DNA from: Scyliorhinus canicula
Taxonomy: Eukaryota
Assembly (NCBI RefSeq): GCF_902713615.1
Contig: NW_024055815.1
Span: 186,001 to 250,000 of the forward strand
Length of the DNA: 64,000 nucleotides
Direction: 5' to 3'
Under the pieces are notes generated by a model. The model made no database searches. It had not been told where the DNA came from and saw nothing but the letters and a program-made list of their open reading frames with translations. Shown one piece after another: positions 12,560 to 24,450 of this stretch. Made by a program: the position numbers and the translations under genes. Positions within the stretch are counted from its first letter, which is position 1. The number at the start of each line of letters is the position of its first letter.

Positions 12560-13372
12560 AACAGTCAGAGACATGATGGCACAGAGAATGGCATTCGGCC
12601 CATTGAATCCATGCTAGCTCTCTGCAGCAATCCAGTCAGTGCCATTCTCCAGCTCCATCCCTGTATCCTCGCAGGTTTATTTCCCTCAGATGTCTGTCCA
12701 ATTTCCTTTTGAAATTAAATGATTCATTGTGTCTATTTTCAAACTCCCTGATCGGCAGCAAGTTTCAGGTTATTGCCGCTCGCTGTGCAAAAACATATTT
12801 CATATCTCCTCATATCTCCTGTACCTTTTACATACAAACTAGGATCAGGCCACTCGGTCCCTTGAGCCTGCTCAGCATTCAATTAGACTGCGGCTGATCT
12901 CATTCTCACCTCAACTCCACATTCCTGCCTACCCTTGATGACCTTTCACCCCCCTTGCCCATCAAGAATCTATCCAGCTCTGCTTTAAAAATATTCAAGG
13001 ACTCTGCTTCCACTGCCTTTTGAGGACGTGATTTCCAAAGTTTTACAACCCTCTAGAATAAAAAATCCTCATCTCCACCTGAAATGGGTGACTCCATACT
13101 TTGCAACAGTGATACCCTCGTTCTTGAATCTTGTATAGATCAATCCAGGTTTTACCCAAAACTTTAAATCTGTCTACCTAGTGCTTGTACGATCAATGAA
13201 TGGAAACAGAGTTTCTTTGTCCACCCGATGGAAATGTGGCATAATCTTGTGTCCCTGAATCAAATCTTTTTTGAACCTCCTTTGCTGGATCCATTCTGGT
13301 AAATCTGCTCTGCACCTTCTCCAAGAACCTTCACAGCCTTCCTGAAGAGTGGTGACCAGAGCTTTATAAAGA
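12560..13372 (-). mobile_element. CR1 3' fragments
   Basis: Reverse CR1 3' motifs (ggcattcggcccattgaatcc; atcaggccactcggtcccttgagcctgct) and RT tail remnants. Confidence 0.65.
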
Positions 13373-13376
13373 TTCA

Positions 13377-13724
13377 TTGAATAGAATTAGAACCATAGAA
13401 TTCCTACAGTGCAGAAGGAGGCCATTCAGCCCATCGAGTCTACACCGACTCTCTGGACGGGCAGCCTGTCTAGACCCACACCACTACCCTGTCCCTGTAA
13501 CCCCACAGCCCCACCTAACCTGCACATCCCTGGACACTAAGGGACAATTTATCAAGGTCAATCCACCTAACTTGGCCTTCTTTAGACTGTGGGAGGAAAC
13601 CTGAGCACCGGGTGGAAACCCACGCACACACGGGGAGAAAGTGCAAACTCCACACAGTCACCAAGGCCGGAATTGAACCCGGGTCCCTGGCGTTGTGAGG
13701 CAGCAGTGCTAATCACTGTGCCAT
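13377..13724 (-). mobile_element. HE1-like SINE
   Basis: Same family as 5241-5573. Confidence 0.85.
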
Positions 13725-14107
13725 CAGAAGCATAGTTTCAGTATCAATATTACTGTTTATGAAGCTCAAGATCGTGGTTGCTTTGCCAACTACTCTCTTA
13801 ATATGGCTTCACCTCTTTCTCTCTCCTCCCAAAGAGGCCAGTTGGGTTTTTATGACAATCCAGCAGTTTTCATGGTCACTTTGTCCGAGAGCCGACCCCA
13901 CAAGTGACCAGATTCATTCAGCTCAATTTCACAACCTGCCTTTGTGGTTTGTGGATTCTCTCTCACTCCCTATTTTCTGTTTTTACACCAGTTTCACAGG
14001 GTGTTCGAAGGGGAGGATTCAAAGTCAGGAAACTCAAACCAAGCATCACATCAGGATCTGACAGAGACTTCAATTTATCATATCCTGAATATTATCGTAC
14101 TTTAAAC

Positions 14108-14725
14108 ATGGAAGGAAAAAACATTGTTCACAGTGGGGAGAAACCGTACACATGTTGTGTGTGTGGACAAGGATTCAGTCAATCATCAGTCCTCACAAGC
14201 CACAAATGCAGTCACACTGAGGAGAAACCGTGGAAATGTGCGGACTGTGGGAAAGGATTCACTTCCCCATCCCATCTGGAAACTCATCGACGCAGTCACA
14301 CTGGGGAGAGACCATTCACCTGCTCCAAGTGTGGGAAGGGATTCACTCAGTCATCCCACCTGCTGAGTCACCAGCGGGTTCACACTGGGGAGAGACCATT
14401 TCAATGTCCAGACTGCAGGAAGTGCTATAAAAGTTCTGGGGAACTGATACATCATCAACGTGTCCACACTGATGAGAGACCATTTAGGTGCACTTACTGC
14501 GGGACTGGCTTCAGACAATCATCTAACCTCACTGTACATCAGCGAAGTCACACTGGGGAGAGGCCATTCTCCTGCTCAAAGTGTGGGAAGAGATTCATCA
14601 CTTCATCCCACCTGCAGACACACCAGCGAGTTCACATGGGAGAGAGACCATTCACCTGCTCCCAGTGTGGGAAGGGATTCACCACTTCATCCCTCCTGTT
14701 GAGACACCAACGAGGTCACAAGTAA
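14108..14725 (+). CDS. C2H2 zinc-finger protein, 7 tandem fingers (205 aa from [13 protein letters not shown])
   Basis: Seven CxxC-x12-HxxxH fingers, most joined by TGERP/EEKP-type linkers; exon acceptor tttcacAG at 13999; no KRAB seen. Confidence 0.9.
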   Translation: MEGKNIVHSGEKPYTCCVCGQGFSQSSVLTSHKCSHTEEKPWKCADCGKGFTSPSHLETHRRSHTGERPFTCSKCGKGFTQSSHLLSHQRVHTGERPFQCPDCRKCYKSSGELIHHQRVHTDERPFRCTYCGTGFRQSSNLTVHQRSHTGERPFSCSKCGKRFITSSHLQTHQRVHMGERPFTCSQCGKGFTTSSLLLRHQRGHK

Positions 14726-14811
14726 CCACAGTGGTTGGATTTTGCTGTTAACTCACATTCAGGACTGAAACATATTCATTTGGGGTCCCTTTCTGTTGAT
14801 CAACTCCAGCC

Positions 14812-14986
14812 CATTTACCAATCCACCTAACCTGCACATCTTTGGACATGGGAGGAAACCCATGCAGACACAGCGAGAACGTGCATAGGACACAGGAGGA
14901 CTCCGTATATACAGTCACCCAAGCAGGAATCAAATCTTGGACCCTGGTGCTGTGAATCAACAGTGCTAACCAATGTGCTACTGTCC
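14812..14986 (-). mobile_element. HE1-like SINE (partial)
   Basis: ccaatccacctaacctgcacatctttggac core and tRNA-like head. Confidence 0.75.
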
Positions 14987-15136
14987 AACCCAGAAATTTT
15001 GTTTGTACAATGCGTCACTCCAACTAAAGGAACAGCTCAACAACACAACAGGCCTGCAGCGATACCCAGTCTGCAGGACACAGGGCTAATTAGCTGGCTT
15101 TTAAAGCAGACCAGGGCAGGCCAGCAGCGTAAGTTC

Positions 15137-16037
15137 TGTTGCTCGTTCTGGGTGAGTGTGCTTTACACTCAATTGGCTCTGTTTTATTCCTTAGCTCTAG
15201 AGTCACCAGGTATCTTTATGATGCTGCCACGACGTTCAAGTTCAGATCAATGACTCAATACACCAGTTAGTAAGGTTCAATCAAACACGTTTATTATTTA
15301 CACAGTAAATCGATACTCATGCAACTAATACTAGCGGACTAATCTATTCCTACCACTATAAGCCAATACTTATCTTTGATAAGGGAACCCACTGGATAAG
15401 GGAACAATGGCCTCTTGTTCTGTCCTCAGACTGCAGGCTTCCCAGTTGGTATGGGCTAAGGGGTCAGGAGTGTCTATTCTCGTAGTGAGCGTTGGTTGGA
15501 CACTTACTTGTCGGTGTAGCTGTTGGCCAGGCCTCTCCTTCTCATGTTCAAGTTCTTAGAGAGCTGCAGCAAAGGTGTTCTGCTGGGAGGGCCGGCTAAG
15601 AGAGTGAGCTGGACTTGGGACCTGACTTTTATAGGTCCCAGGGGCTTTGCGCCCTTTTGGGCGGACCCCTAACTCACTGGCAATCGATTGGGTCTCATCT
15701 CAATCGATTGGTACGAATCCCCCAATACTGAGGCTGCCCCTTGATCGCGTGGCGGTCCTTCCTAACTGGTTTGTTTCCTTTTGTTTCAGACCCCGTTGGC
15801 GCCGGGAAGTCTGACCTGCCATAGAATGTCCCAATTGTAGCTAATCGTTGTATCCATTGTTCCCGGGGATCGCTTCATTAATATGCAAACTGCTGGTTTC
15901 CGTGCTGTCTGCTTTCTTTGCAGCCAGAATACACATGAACTTCCGCAAACTGCTTCTCTTTATAATTGTCCAGTTTTCCCTGCAACCTTTGTAAATCACC
16001 ATTTTGGGTCAGGAAGTGGCCAACTTCGGTGGCTACA
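15137..16037 (-). mobile_element. 3' LTR (901 bp) of an LTR retroelement
   Basis: Minus strand starts TGTAGCCAC directly after the PPT AAGGAGGGAG (16038-16047) and ends GAGCAACA; TATAAAA at 15627-15633, AATAAA at 15290-15295; inserted into a SINE head (15079-15136). Confidence 0.85.
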
Positions 16038-17885
16038 CTCCCTCCTTGTGATCCTAACGCAAAAGCGTGAAGGATCACATAACTACTGTGTCTTCGTTCC
16101 TGACCTCAGCGTGTTCCATGGCCTCTGCACTTTCCTCAACTATGCAGAAACATTTTACCTTACAATCTCTATTTGGCGCCATGTCATAAGGGGACATGCA
16201 CTACAAAACAACAAACTGGAACCTCTAACTATCTGAAATAAACTACACTCACTGAAAACATACAAGCATATAAACTTCCTAACAATATAAATAATAGTAA
16301 CATTCACATTTCACCTTCCCTGACTCGGCAGTCGACATCTTTACACAAATACACATATCTTTATTGACAAAGTGACACGGAAAATTCTTTATTGCATTTC
16401 AAGTGGTTCGGGGGACTGGTGGAAGCCGAAGATAGGGGATCTCATCCTATATACCGCCAAGGTACGAGAGCGGTAGGCTCTCCTTCGTCATTTCCTCATC
16501 CGAAGGGTCTGCACTATGATGCAGATTACTGCTATCGCCAAAAGTGAGTCCACTACGTATGACAAGGAGTACCAAGCCAGAAATTTGGTACACCAGGGGT
16601 ACTGCTACTTGTTACTGGGCTTTGAGTGGTCTATGGAAGTGAAACATTAACGGCCGGTGGAGTGGGGGTAAGGGGGTTCGCGCGCAAAAATATACATAAG
16701 ATAACGAAAAATACAGTTGGTGCCGTCATCTTCCTGCTCTGTTCTCTTCACTGATCTCTTTTCCTGCTGTGATCTTGCTCTGATCCTGCTTTGGTCCCTC
16801 CTCGGAACGTCTGAAAGCTATGGGATCAAGCATAGTGTCTGTTAGTGTTCCGCTTAATATCTTGAATTTTAGTATGTGTGTCCTCTTGAGCCAAGTTTCC
16901 CTTTATGATTGGCCACTCTCTGTGACTCATGTTTATCAGGGCTACCTAAAATAAAACAAACAAAACCAAACTTTTAGAACCAAGACTAGCTAAATGAGTT
17001 GCGTATGGGCCGCGACGGGTAAGATTTGGGTGGAATCCCCGGGTAGGGCGTGCTGTGCCATACCCGAGCTTAGCTGACCAGAGGGGGGTCCTCAGACAGG
17101 GCGGGTCCTCAATGCCGTTACTCCACTGCCTGAGTGACCTGAAACGAACGGGCAAGAATGTAGTCATCATGGGGGTTGCCTCTTCCATCCTTCAAACAGA
17201 AGAGCAGTTACGAAACTGGAACTAGCAAGCTCTCAGAGGTTTCGGCCGAGATGCCTGCTGGCTGGGCTTCAGACATTTTCGCTGATAAGGCGTCTGTCAA
17301 ATTCTCCTAGGTTTCTGCGGACAAACTTGGTGTCTGGCTGCAGAGCTGCTGTTCAAGAAAAAAAACAAACACAAACAAACAAACATGCAACACAAACACA
17401 AAAAGGTTCCATCAGAAAAGGACACCGTTAATCTCTCAAGCGGTTCCTCTTTTTACATCATCTGGACACCTCAATCATCATCTTCTGCGAACAGGGTCGC
17501 AAAGGGGTTGCCGTGTCAGGAGTCAGACTTAAAGTCATCCTCGTCTCCCGGATCCCATACCCTTGTATGGATCAGGCTTGCTATGGTTGCATTGTGTGAT
17601 CGTGGGTCCCTCTTGTCATTCCGGACGGGTCTACATGAGTTGTCTCGGTGCCAAATCGTGGTATCTAAGTCGGTATGAACGTTGTCGGGGTCGTCATAGT
17701 TGGGCGGTGGGTCTGGGTGTGGGTTTGGTGTTTTAATGTAGGTGATCTCCAAGGGATCACTGGAGTCGGGGTCGTAGTCGCTGTGTGTGTGGTCAGCGGT
17801 TTCGGAGCGGTAGAGAGGAGTGCTGTGGCTGTCTTCAGAGTCCCAGTTGCTGTCTCTGCTGTGGCAGCTTGTTGTCGGGGCGGAA
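16038..17885 (-). mobile_element. 3' internal region of the LTR retroelement (ERV or Gypsy class undetermined)
   Basis: Contiguous with PPT and LTR; stop-free D/S/T/P-rich frame 17516-17884, splice acceptors and short ORFs; cut off by a CR1 fragment and the gap. Confidence 0.75.
16389..16729 (-). pseudogene. Decayed small type-I membrane protein ORF of the LTR element (about 113 aa)
   Basis: Reconstructed MTAPTVFFVILCIFLRANPLTPTPPAVNVSLP*TTQSPVTSSSTPWCTKFLAWYSLSYVVDSLLAIAVICIIVQTLRMRK*RRRAYRSRTLAVYRMRSPIFGFHQSPEPLEMQ; needs two stops read through and 1 nt restored in a C run. Confidence 0.55.
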
Positions 17886-17934
17886 GCGAAGGTTTACCAG
17901 GCTGATTCCAGGGATGGCAGGACTGTCATATGAG

Positions 17935-18034
17935 NNNNNNNNNNNNNNNNNNNNNNNNNNNNNNNNNNNNNNNNNNNNNNNNNNNNNNNNNNNNNNNNNN
18001 NNNNNNNNNNNNNNNNNNNNNNNNNNNNNNNNNN
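17935..18034. other. Assembly gap (100 N)
   Basis: N run. Confidence 1.
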
Positions 18035-19710
18035 GTACTTGTAATGTATTGTCTTGAGTGATCTAGACAGTAATATCAAGCTGTCCATTCAATTGAAAAG
18101 GCAAATAAATCTTTCAAATTACTTACATATCGGTTCACCTCGCTTTCTCTGTCTCAGGCTGCACCTAAATCAGTTGTTCCCGCTTCTCTCTCTCACACTT
18201 AACTCACTTACAAAGACACACACCAGCGGGTCAGGCACCTCGTGTTTAAATCTTTTTTCTTGAAGGCACTTCATGTCTAAAACAATTAAGCACTAAAACG
18301 TCAGCAGAGGAAAATTCTGTGCCAAAAAGGCACCAGCTCATTCACTTAACCGCTCCCTCCCTCTCTCTCTCTCTCCCTCTCAGACATCAAGTGACTTCAA
18401 ATTTTTCTACTTTAGTATAACCTCGGTTAACAGATTGTTGTTTTAATTTCCCTTCTTCTCTCCAGATTATTATTTGTACTGTGACCAGTGAAGATCATCT
18501 GTGCATCTCCCGATCGGTTATTGCGTTTTTAAACACATAATCTAACTTTTTAAAGTGAATGAGAATGGAGGTGAATGTAATGCTGAGGCCGGAAGCAATC
18601 TGTGTGGGTGTTCTTGATGCTGTCAGAGTGAGTTCACCCTCACAGGCAGGAAGACTGTTCAGGGTGATAACATGAAACTGACGCCTGCTGTTTTCATTCT
18701 CAGGTAACACAACTTCCTGTTTCTCTGCTGCCGGTTCCAAACCACACATCTCACTTCTGAGCAGAAAATAAATCCAGAGACCCCAATCTGGTGAGAACAT
18801 CTGTTAATGCGGTTTATATCTGTCCACAGAGTCAGGGGCAGAGTCCCACAGATCACATTGCGGTGACATTTACAAATGAACCTGTTGTGATCTGTTCAAA
18901 GCTTCCATTCCAGGACATAACTGGATGGTCAGTGGATCAGTGACTGAGTTTCCCCGGTTCTCTGAAGCCAGGAAATTATATCTTGTTGCATTTCACTATT
19001 TTATCATTCTCCCTCTCTGTGTGTAATTTGTTTTTACTGTTTCTCAGTTTTTATCTCTCAACCCCGCGTCTCTCTTTCTCATTTCTTCGCTCAGTTTCAC
19101 TCTCTCTCTCTCTCTCTCTGTGTCTTTCTCCATCTTTATGTGTGTCTATTTAATTAAATTGCTAAAAAAAATCAAGGTTTGAATAGAGTAATTAGAGAGA
19201 GACTATTACAACTGGCAGGAGGGTCTGTACCCAGAGGACACAGATTTACTGTATTGAACAGGAGGATTGTTTTTACACAGCCAGTTGTTATAAACTGGAA
19301 CACACAAGGGGAAATTATGATGGAATCAGATTTAACAGTAACTTTGGAAAATGATGGATAAATATTTGAAGGTATTAAGGTCTGAAGGATGAGAGGGAAT
19401 GGGACCAGTTGAGTGGTTCATCTATAATCATTGTCCCAGCACCTTTTCTGTATCTACCTCTGTCCTTCATTGAGACCGAATAAAAAGCAATCATTACACA
19501 GCTTTCCTTTTATGCTGATCCTGTCTTTTAGCAGAACCTGGGTGTGTGTAGAAAATTGCCACGAATTTTTCAGAGGCTCGTTGCTGTTTGCAATCCACTA
19601 CTTTGGACAAAGTAACAGTGAACAGCACTTGTTTCGACAAAGAGCAATTATCGTTAACATTTGTGGCACTGGATTCTTCCTGTGATGAGACGTTGGCTTT
19701 TAGTCTTTGA

Positions 19711-19852
19711 AAATGAAAATCGCTTATTGTCACGAGTAGGCTTCTATGAACTTACTGTGAAAAGCCCCCAGTCGCCACATTCCGGCACCTGTTCGGGGAG
19801 GCTGGTACGAGAATCGAACCATGCTGCTGGCCTGCTTTAAAAGCCAGTCTGA
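19711..19852 (-). mobile_element. Short tRNA-derived SINE (CATTT-tail family)
   Basis: aaatgaaaatcgcttattgtcacgagtaggcttc...gaatcgaacc; same family at 41700, 43015, 55615, 57360, 59765. Confidence 0.8.
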
Positions 19853-20034
19853 CCCGGGAGCGGCAGTCTCTGTTATTGATACACTGGAGCCGGTCTCTGT
19901 GATTATTATTTTCCCTGACCGGCAGTCTGACCCCGGTGCCCCGGCAGTTGGAAATCCCTTGTCAAATCCAATGAGATTGAAGTTGCTTGTTTTTTTCGAT
20001 GTTGGCAGGAACGTAAACTTTAATGATGTTCCAG

Positions 20035-20630
20035 GAGAGCGTCACGGAGGTGCGCTGGTTAGCACTACTGCCTCGCCGCGTTGAGGACCCGGGTTCGATC
20101 CCGTCCCCGGGTCATGTCTGTGTGGCGTTTGCACATTCTGCCCGAGTCTCACTCCACAACCCAAAGACATGAAGGATGGTGGATTGGCCAGGCCAAATGC
20201 CCCTAATTGGAAAGAAATTAATTAAAGAATGATGTCCCAGGAACCCGTCTTTCGCTGGATCGAGAGATTGTTCAGAGTTGTTCTGTCCTTCACCCTTTAG
20301 ATTCTGAGGCGGGTAGACGGGGTATATCGAGCGAGCATGTTTCCACTCATGGGATAGTGTAGGCCCAGAGGGCAGGGACACAGAATAAGCCGGATTTGAG
20401 GAAGGTTTTGTTCTCTGAAAGAGTGATGAATCTTGTGAATTCGTTACCCCAGGAAGCTGTGGAGACCGAGTCCTTGACCATTTGCACGGCTGAGATCGAA
20501 AGGTTTTAACTAGTCAGGAATAAAGGTTCATGGAATTTATGCTGGAATGCGGATTTAGTGAGTGTTCGATTAGCCATTAATGGGAACCTATTAAATGGTG
20601 AAGCGGGAACGAAGGCCTGAATGGCCGACT
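20035..20630 (+). mobile_element. HE1-like SINE followed by CR1 3' end
   Basis: tRNA head ggtgcgctggttagcactactgcc..gggttcgatccc, then CR1 tail ending ttcttatggtc. Confidence 0.7.
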
Positions 20631-22064
20631 TTTGTCCCCATTTCTTCTGGTCTTATGGTCCCCTCAATGCAGTTGAGTCGAAGAAAATAATGGATACAAA
20701 AAACAGAAGTATTTTCATCCAAACTATCACCGTGAGAATTGAGAGTTTTGGGTGAGAGTGTCACTAACGAATTAATGGCCACAAAACCTCTTTGCATTTC
20801 CCATTACATTAGTACAAAGGTAACACACCACACATACTAGAAATCTAAAATAAACACACAAAGTGCTGGAAAGTCTCAGCAGATCAGAAAGGGGATGGAA
20901 ATCCGTTTGTTTTTCATACATTCATATTATTTCCGCTCTCACAATAAGGTGTAGAGAGGGTGAAGGATTTTGGAGGCTGTTCAATAACCCATTTCAGTTG
21001 CACGAACACTCCTTCCATGGTCACCAAACACTTGAACCCACGTCAAACAGCTCCGCAACAGAAGTTCGGCAAAATGTGCTGCTCTGGCGGGTCGTATTTT
21101 CAGAGAGAAATACAGTTAGTTTCAGGTGGATGAATCTGGTGCTGATATTCTGTCAGTGGCATGGAACATGAACTCTGTTTCTCTCCTCACATTCTGACTG
21201 ACATGCAGCGAAATTCCAGCAATGTCGGTTTTTTTTTGCCATTACACTAACTTCATCCAGTCCATATTGAAATGGTGCTTGATTCTGTAATTAAGCATTT
21301 GGGGAAAAACTGATATATCAATAGGCGCTGAAACATTGGCGACAATGCAATGGGCGCTGCCTGTCTCTCTCTCTCACACATACACATGGTTATTTTATAC
21401 ATAACTTTGATTGGCTGTACTTTATCATCAGACCGGGGCCAATGATGTGTTCAATAATGCACTGCAGGTTGTAACTTTTTAAATTGCATAAATCTCTGTA
21501 TTATTTGCATTTAAAATAAGTGTACAATATGGGTGGACACAAAGACACTATGTGATGGTTAAAGTAATAGCATATCTGCCATTCAGGTTTTAATGCTTTG
21601 ATTCTCTATTTTTAGCCCCATTATTATTAACGTCCCCGAAGACGTGTTTGTTAGGGGAATTGGACATTCTGAATTCTCCCTCAGTGTGCCCGAACAGGCG
21701 CCCGTGTGTGGCGACTAGGGGATTTTCACAGTAAATTAATTGCAGTGTTAATGTAAGCCTACTTTTGACCATAATAAAGGTTATTATTATTATTTCTGGG
21801 AACTCTGTCCCTGTCGGTTCTAAGAGGCTGTTTCCTGTATTGCTATTTTGACCTATTCCAATTATTATTGTACAAAGTATTTTTCCGATTATGACCACAC
21901 AAATACACGCTTATTCCAATGCTAGATCGGGTGCTGACTTTCTTATGCCTACGTAATGCATATATCAATAAATGTTATTGCTCTCATGACAAGTTCGTGT
22001 GATCACTACTTTAGCATATATATCTGTCTATAGTGGACCAGATCCTGTATCTGCGCTGTATTGT

Positions 22065-23010
22065 TTAATTCATTGATGGGATGGGAGCGTAGCTGGTTAG
22101 GTCAACATTGCTTTTCGATCTCTTGTTGTCCTTCAGAAGGTGGTGGTGAGTTGCCTCTTAAATCATCGCTGCAGTTCCTAACGTATAGGTACAGCCAGAG
22201 AGCTGTCAGGGAGGGAATTCCAGCCTATTGACCCAGCAAAAGTGACGTAACGGCAATATATTTCCAAGTCAGGATGGTGAGTGGCTTGAAGGTGATCCCA
22301 GGTATCTGCTGCATTTGTCCTTCCAGGTGGCAGTGGTCATGGGTTTGGAAGGTGCTGCTGGAGGAACCTTGTTGAGTTGCTCTAGTGCATCTTTTAGGTG
22401 GGACAGAAAGCTGCCATTATTCCTCGGTTGGCGGGACATAACGTTTTTGGAAGGGTTAGCAATCAAGCGGGCTCTTTTCTACCGGATGGTGTCTTGCTTC
22501 TCGAATGCTGTCGGAGCTGCACTCATCCAGACACGTGGAGAGTATTCCATTACATTCCTGACTTGTGCCCTGGTGATGGTGGACAGGCTTTGGGGACAGG
22601 AAGTGAGTTACTCGCGGCAGCATTCCTCGCCTTTAACCTGTTCATGTCGCAACAGTATTTATATGGCGAGTCCAGTTCAGTTTCCGGGCAACAGCAGCCC
22701 CCTGGAGGCTGATAATGGGGATTCTGCGATGGTAATGCCACTGAATGTCAAGGGGAGATGGTTAGATCTTCTCGTGTTCGAACGGGACATTACCTGTACT
22801 TGCCGCTTTTTAGCCCAAGCCTGAACATAGTCCAGATCTTGTTGTATTCTGACATGGATTGCATCTAATGAGTCGCAAAAGGTGTTGAACATTGTGCAGT
22901 CAAAGGCAAACATGCTCACTTTTGTCCTGTGATGGACGATAGGCCATTCATGAAGCAGCTGGATATGGTTGGGCCCAGACCACTACCCTGAGGAACGTGG
23001 CAGCTTCCGG
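22065..23010 (-). mobile_element. CR1-clade LINE RT fragment whose 3' end resembles the Deu-SINE tail
   Basis: ORF 22677-22919 (MFAFDCTMF..QQDLDYVQAWA) resembles RT after the YADD motif. Confidence 0.7.
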
Positions 23011-23109
23011 TAAAGCAATAACTGAACCAGTTCCTCAGGTAATACAAACAGTAACATGTTCTGGTTTTGTATCCGTGGAGATTGAATCTAGTGAAGTAAC
23101 ATTTGAGAC

Positions 23110-23400
23110 ATGGACTATTACAGTGGTTAGCACTATTCCTTCACAGCGTCAGGGCCCCAGGTTTGATTCACAGCTTGGGTCACTGTCTGCGTGGAGTCTG
23201 CACGTCACTGTCTGCGTGGGTTTCCACCGGGTGCTCCGGTTTCCTCCCACATGTCCTGAAAGACGTGCTGTTAGATGAATTGGGTATTCTGAATTCTCCC
23301 CCTGTGTACCCGAACAGCTGCCGGAGTGTTGCGACGAGGGGCTTTTCACAGTAACTTCATTGCAGTGTTAATGTGAATCTACTTGTGACATTAAAGGTTA
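23110..23400 (+). mobile_element. HE1-like SINE
   Basis: cagtggttagcact head, gcgtgggtttccaccgggtgctccggtttcctccca core. Confidence 0.85.
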
Positions 23401-23859
23401 TAATTTGTAATAATAACTGAGATATGGTCCCATGCTGTACTAACTTCCTGGGTACTTAGTGCAATATAAAGCGGCTTTTGGTTCAGCATATTAACAGCTG
23501 AGATTGAGCCGAGTACAGGTAACAACTGAGACCTGCTGTCATAAAATCAGAAAGCTGACCTAACGTAATAGAATCAGAGACGGTGTCTGGTTAGATATGA
23601 ATAGGGAGAGGGTCCTTGGCAGTAACTATGGAGACAATCTCTGCTTCATGTAATGTCAGCAATCACGGTGTCACTGCCATCAACTGGCCAAACGTTGCTA
23701 CTGCAGTTGTTGATTTGTAAAATATATGTAATGAGATGTGGCCTCATTGGCGAGGCCCACATTTGTTGGCGATTACTAATCTCACGAACTGCTGAGTTAC
23801 AGGGCCTCTATTTGCATTTTTAAAGCACACTATCAGCTGTAGCAGGATTGACATCTCAA

Positions 23860-24450
23860 TTACTGACCCAGTGACATTACAGTTAACCCACTGCCATAGT
23901 CAGGGGAGTCTTCAGTGCAGAAGTAGGCTGTTTGGACAAATATGTATGTGTTGACCGTCTATAGGTGCGATTTGCTGAATACCATTCTTTTCCCGCAGTC
24001 TAGCATTGTTTTTCCCTTTGAGATAATAATCTAATTCCGCTTTGAAAGCATCAAGTGACCCTGCCACCGCGACACAAACAAAGAGTCCAGTCCATCCTAA
24101 CAACTCACTGGGTGAAAATGTTTCTCCTTATGTCTCCATGCTTATTTTCCTAATTCCTTCAATCAGGCACTCGGCCCTCCTGCCAGTGGGATAGGTTCCT
24201 CCATATCTACTCTGGAGGGAACCCGCATGATTTTGAATATCTTCGTCAGATCACGTCGTAACCTGCTCGTCAAGGGACATAGTCGCAACTTGTCCAATCT
24301 ATCTTCCGAGATGAAGTTGCTCATCTCTGGAGCTATTCCCGTGAGCATTTTCTGCACCCACCCTAATGACTCACATTGTCCCGTAAGTGTGATACCCACA
24401 ATGCTTCAGTTCTGTCGGTTCAGGATTTAATACAAGTTTAACATAACGTC
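23860..24450 (-). mobile_element. Old CR1 fragment
   Basis: ORF 24163-24399 (RLRRDLTKIFKIMR) and CR1 3' motifs. Confidence 0.65.

Noticed and set aside
17886-18100. Continuity of sequence across the gap, including ORFs 17785-18057 and 17894-18088
   Set aside because: These ORFs run through Ns; adjacency of the two sides is unverified.
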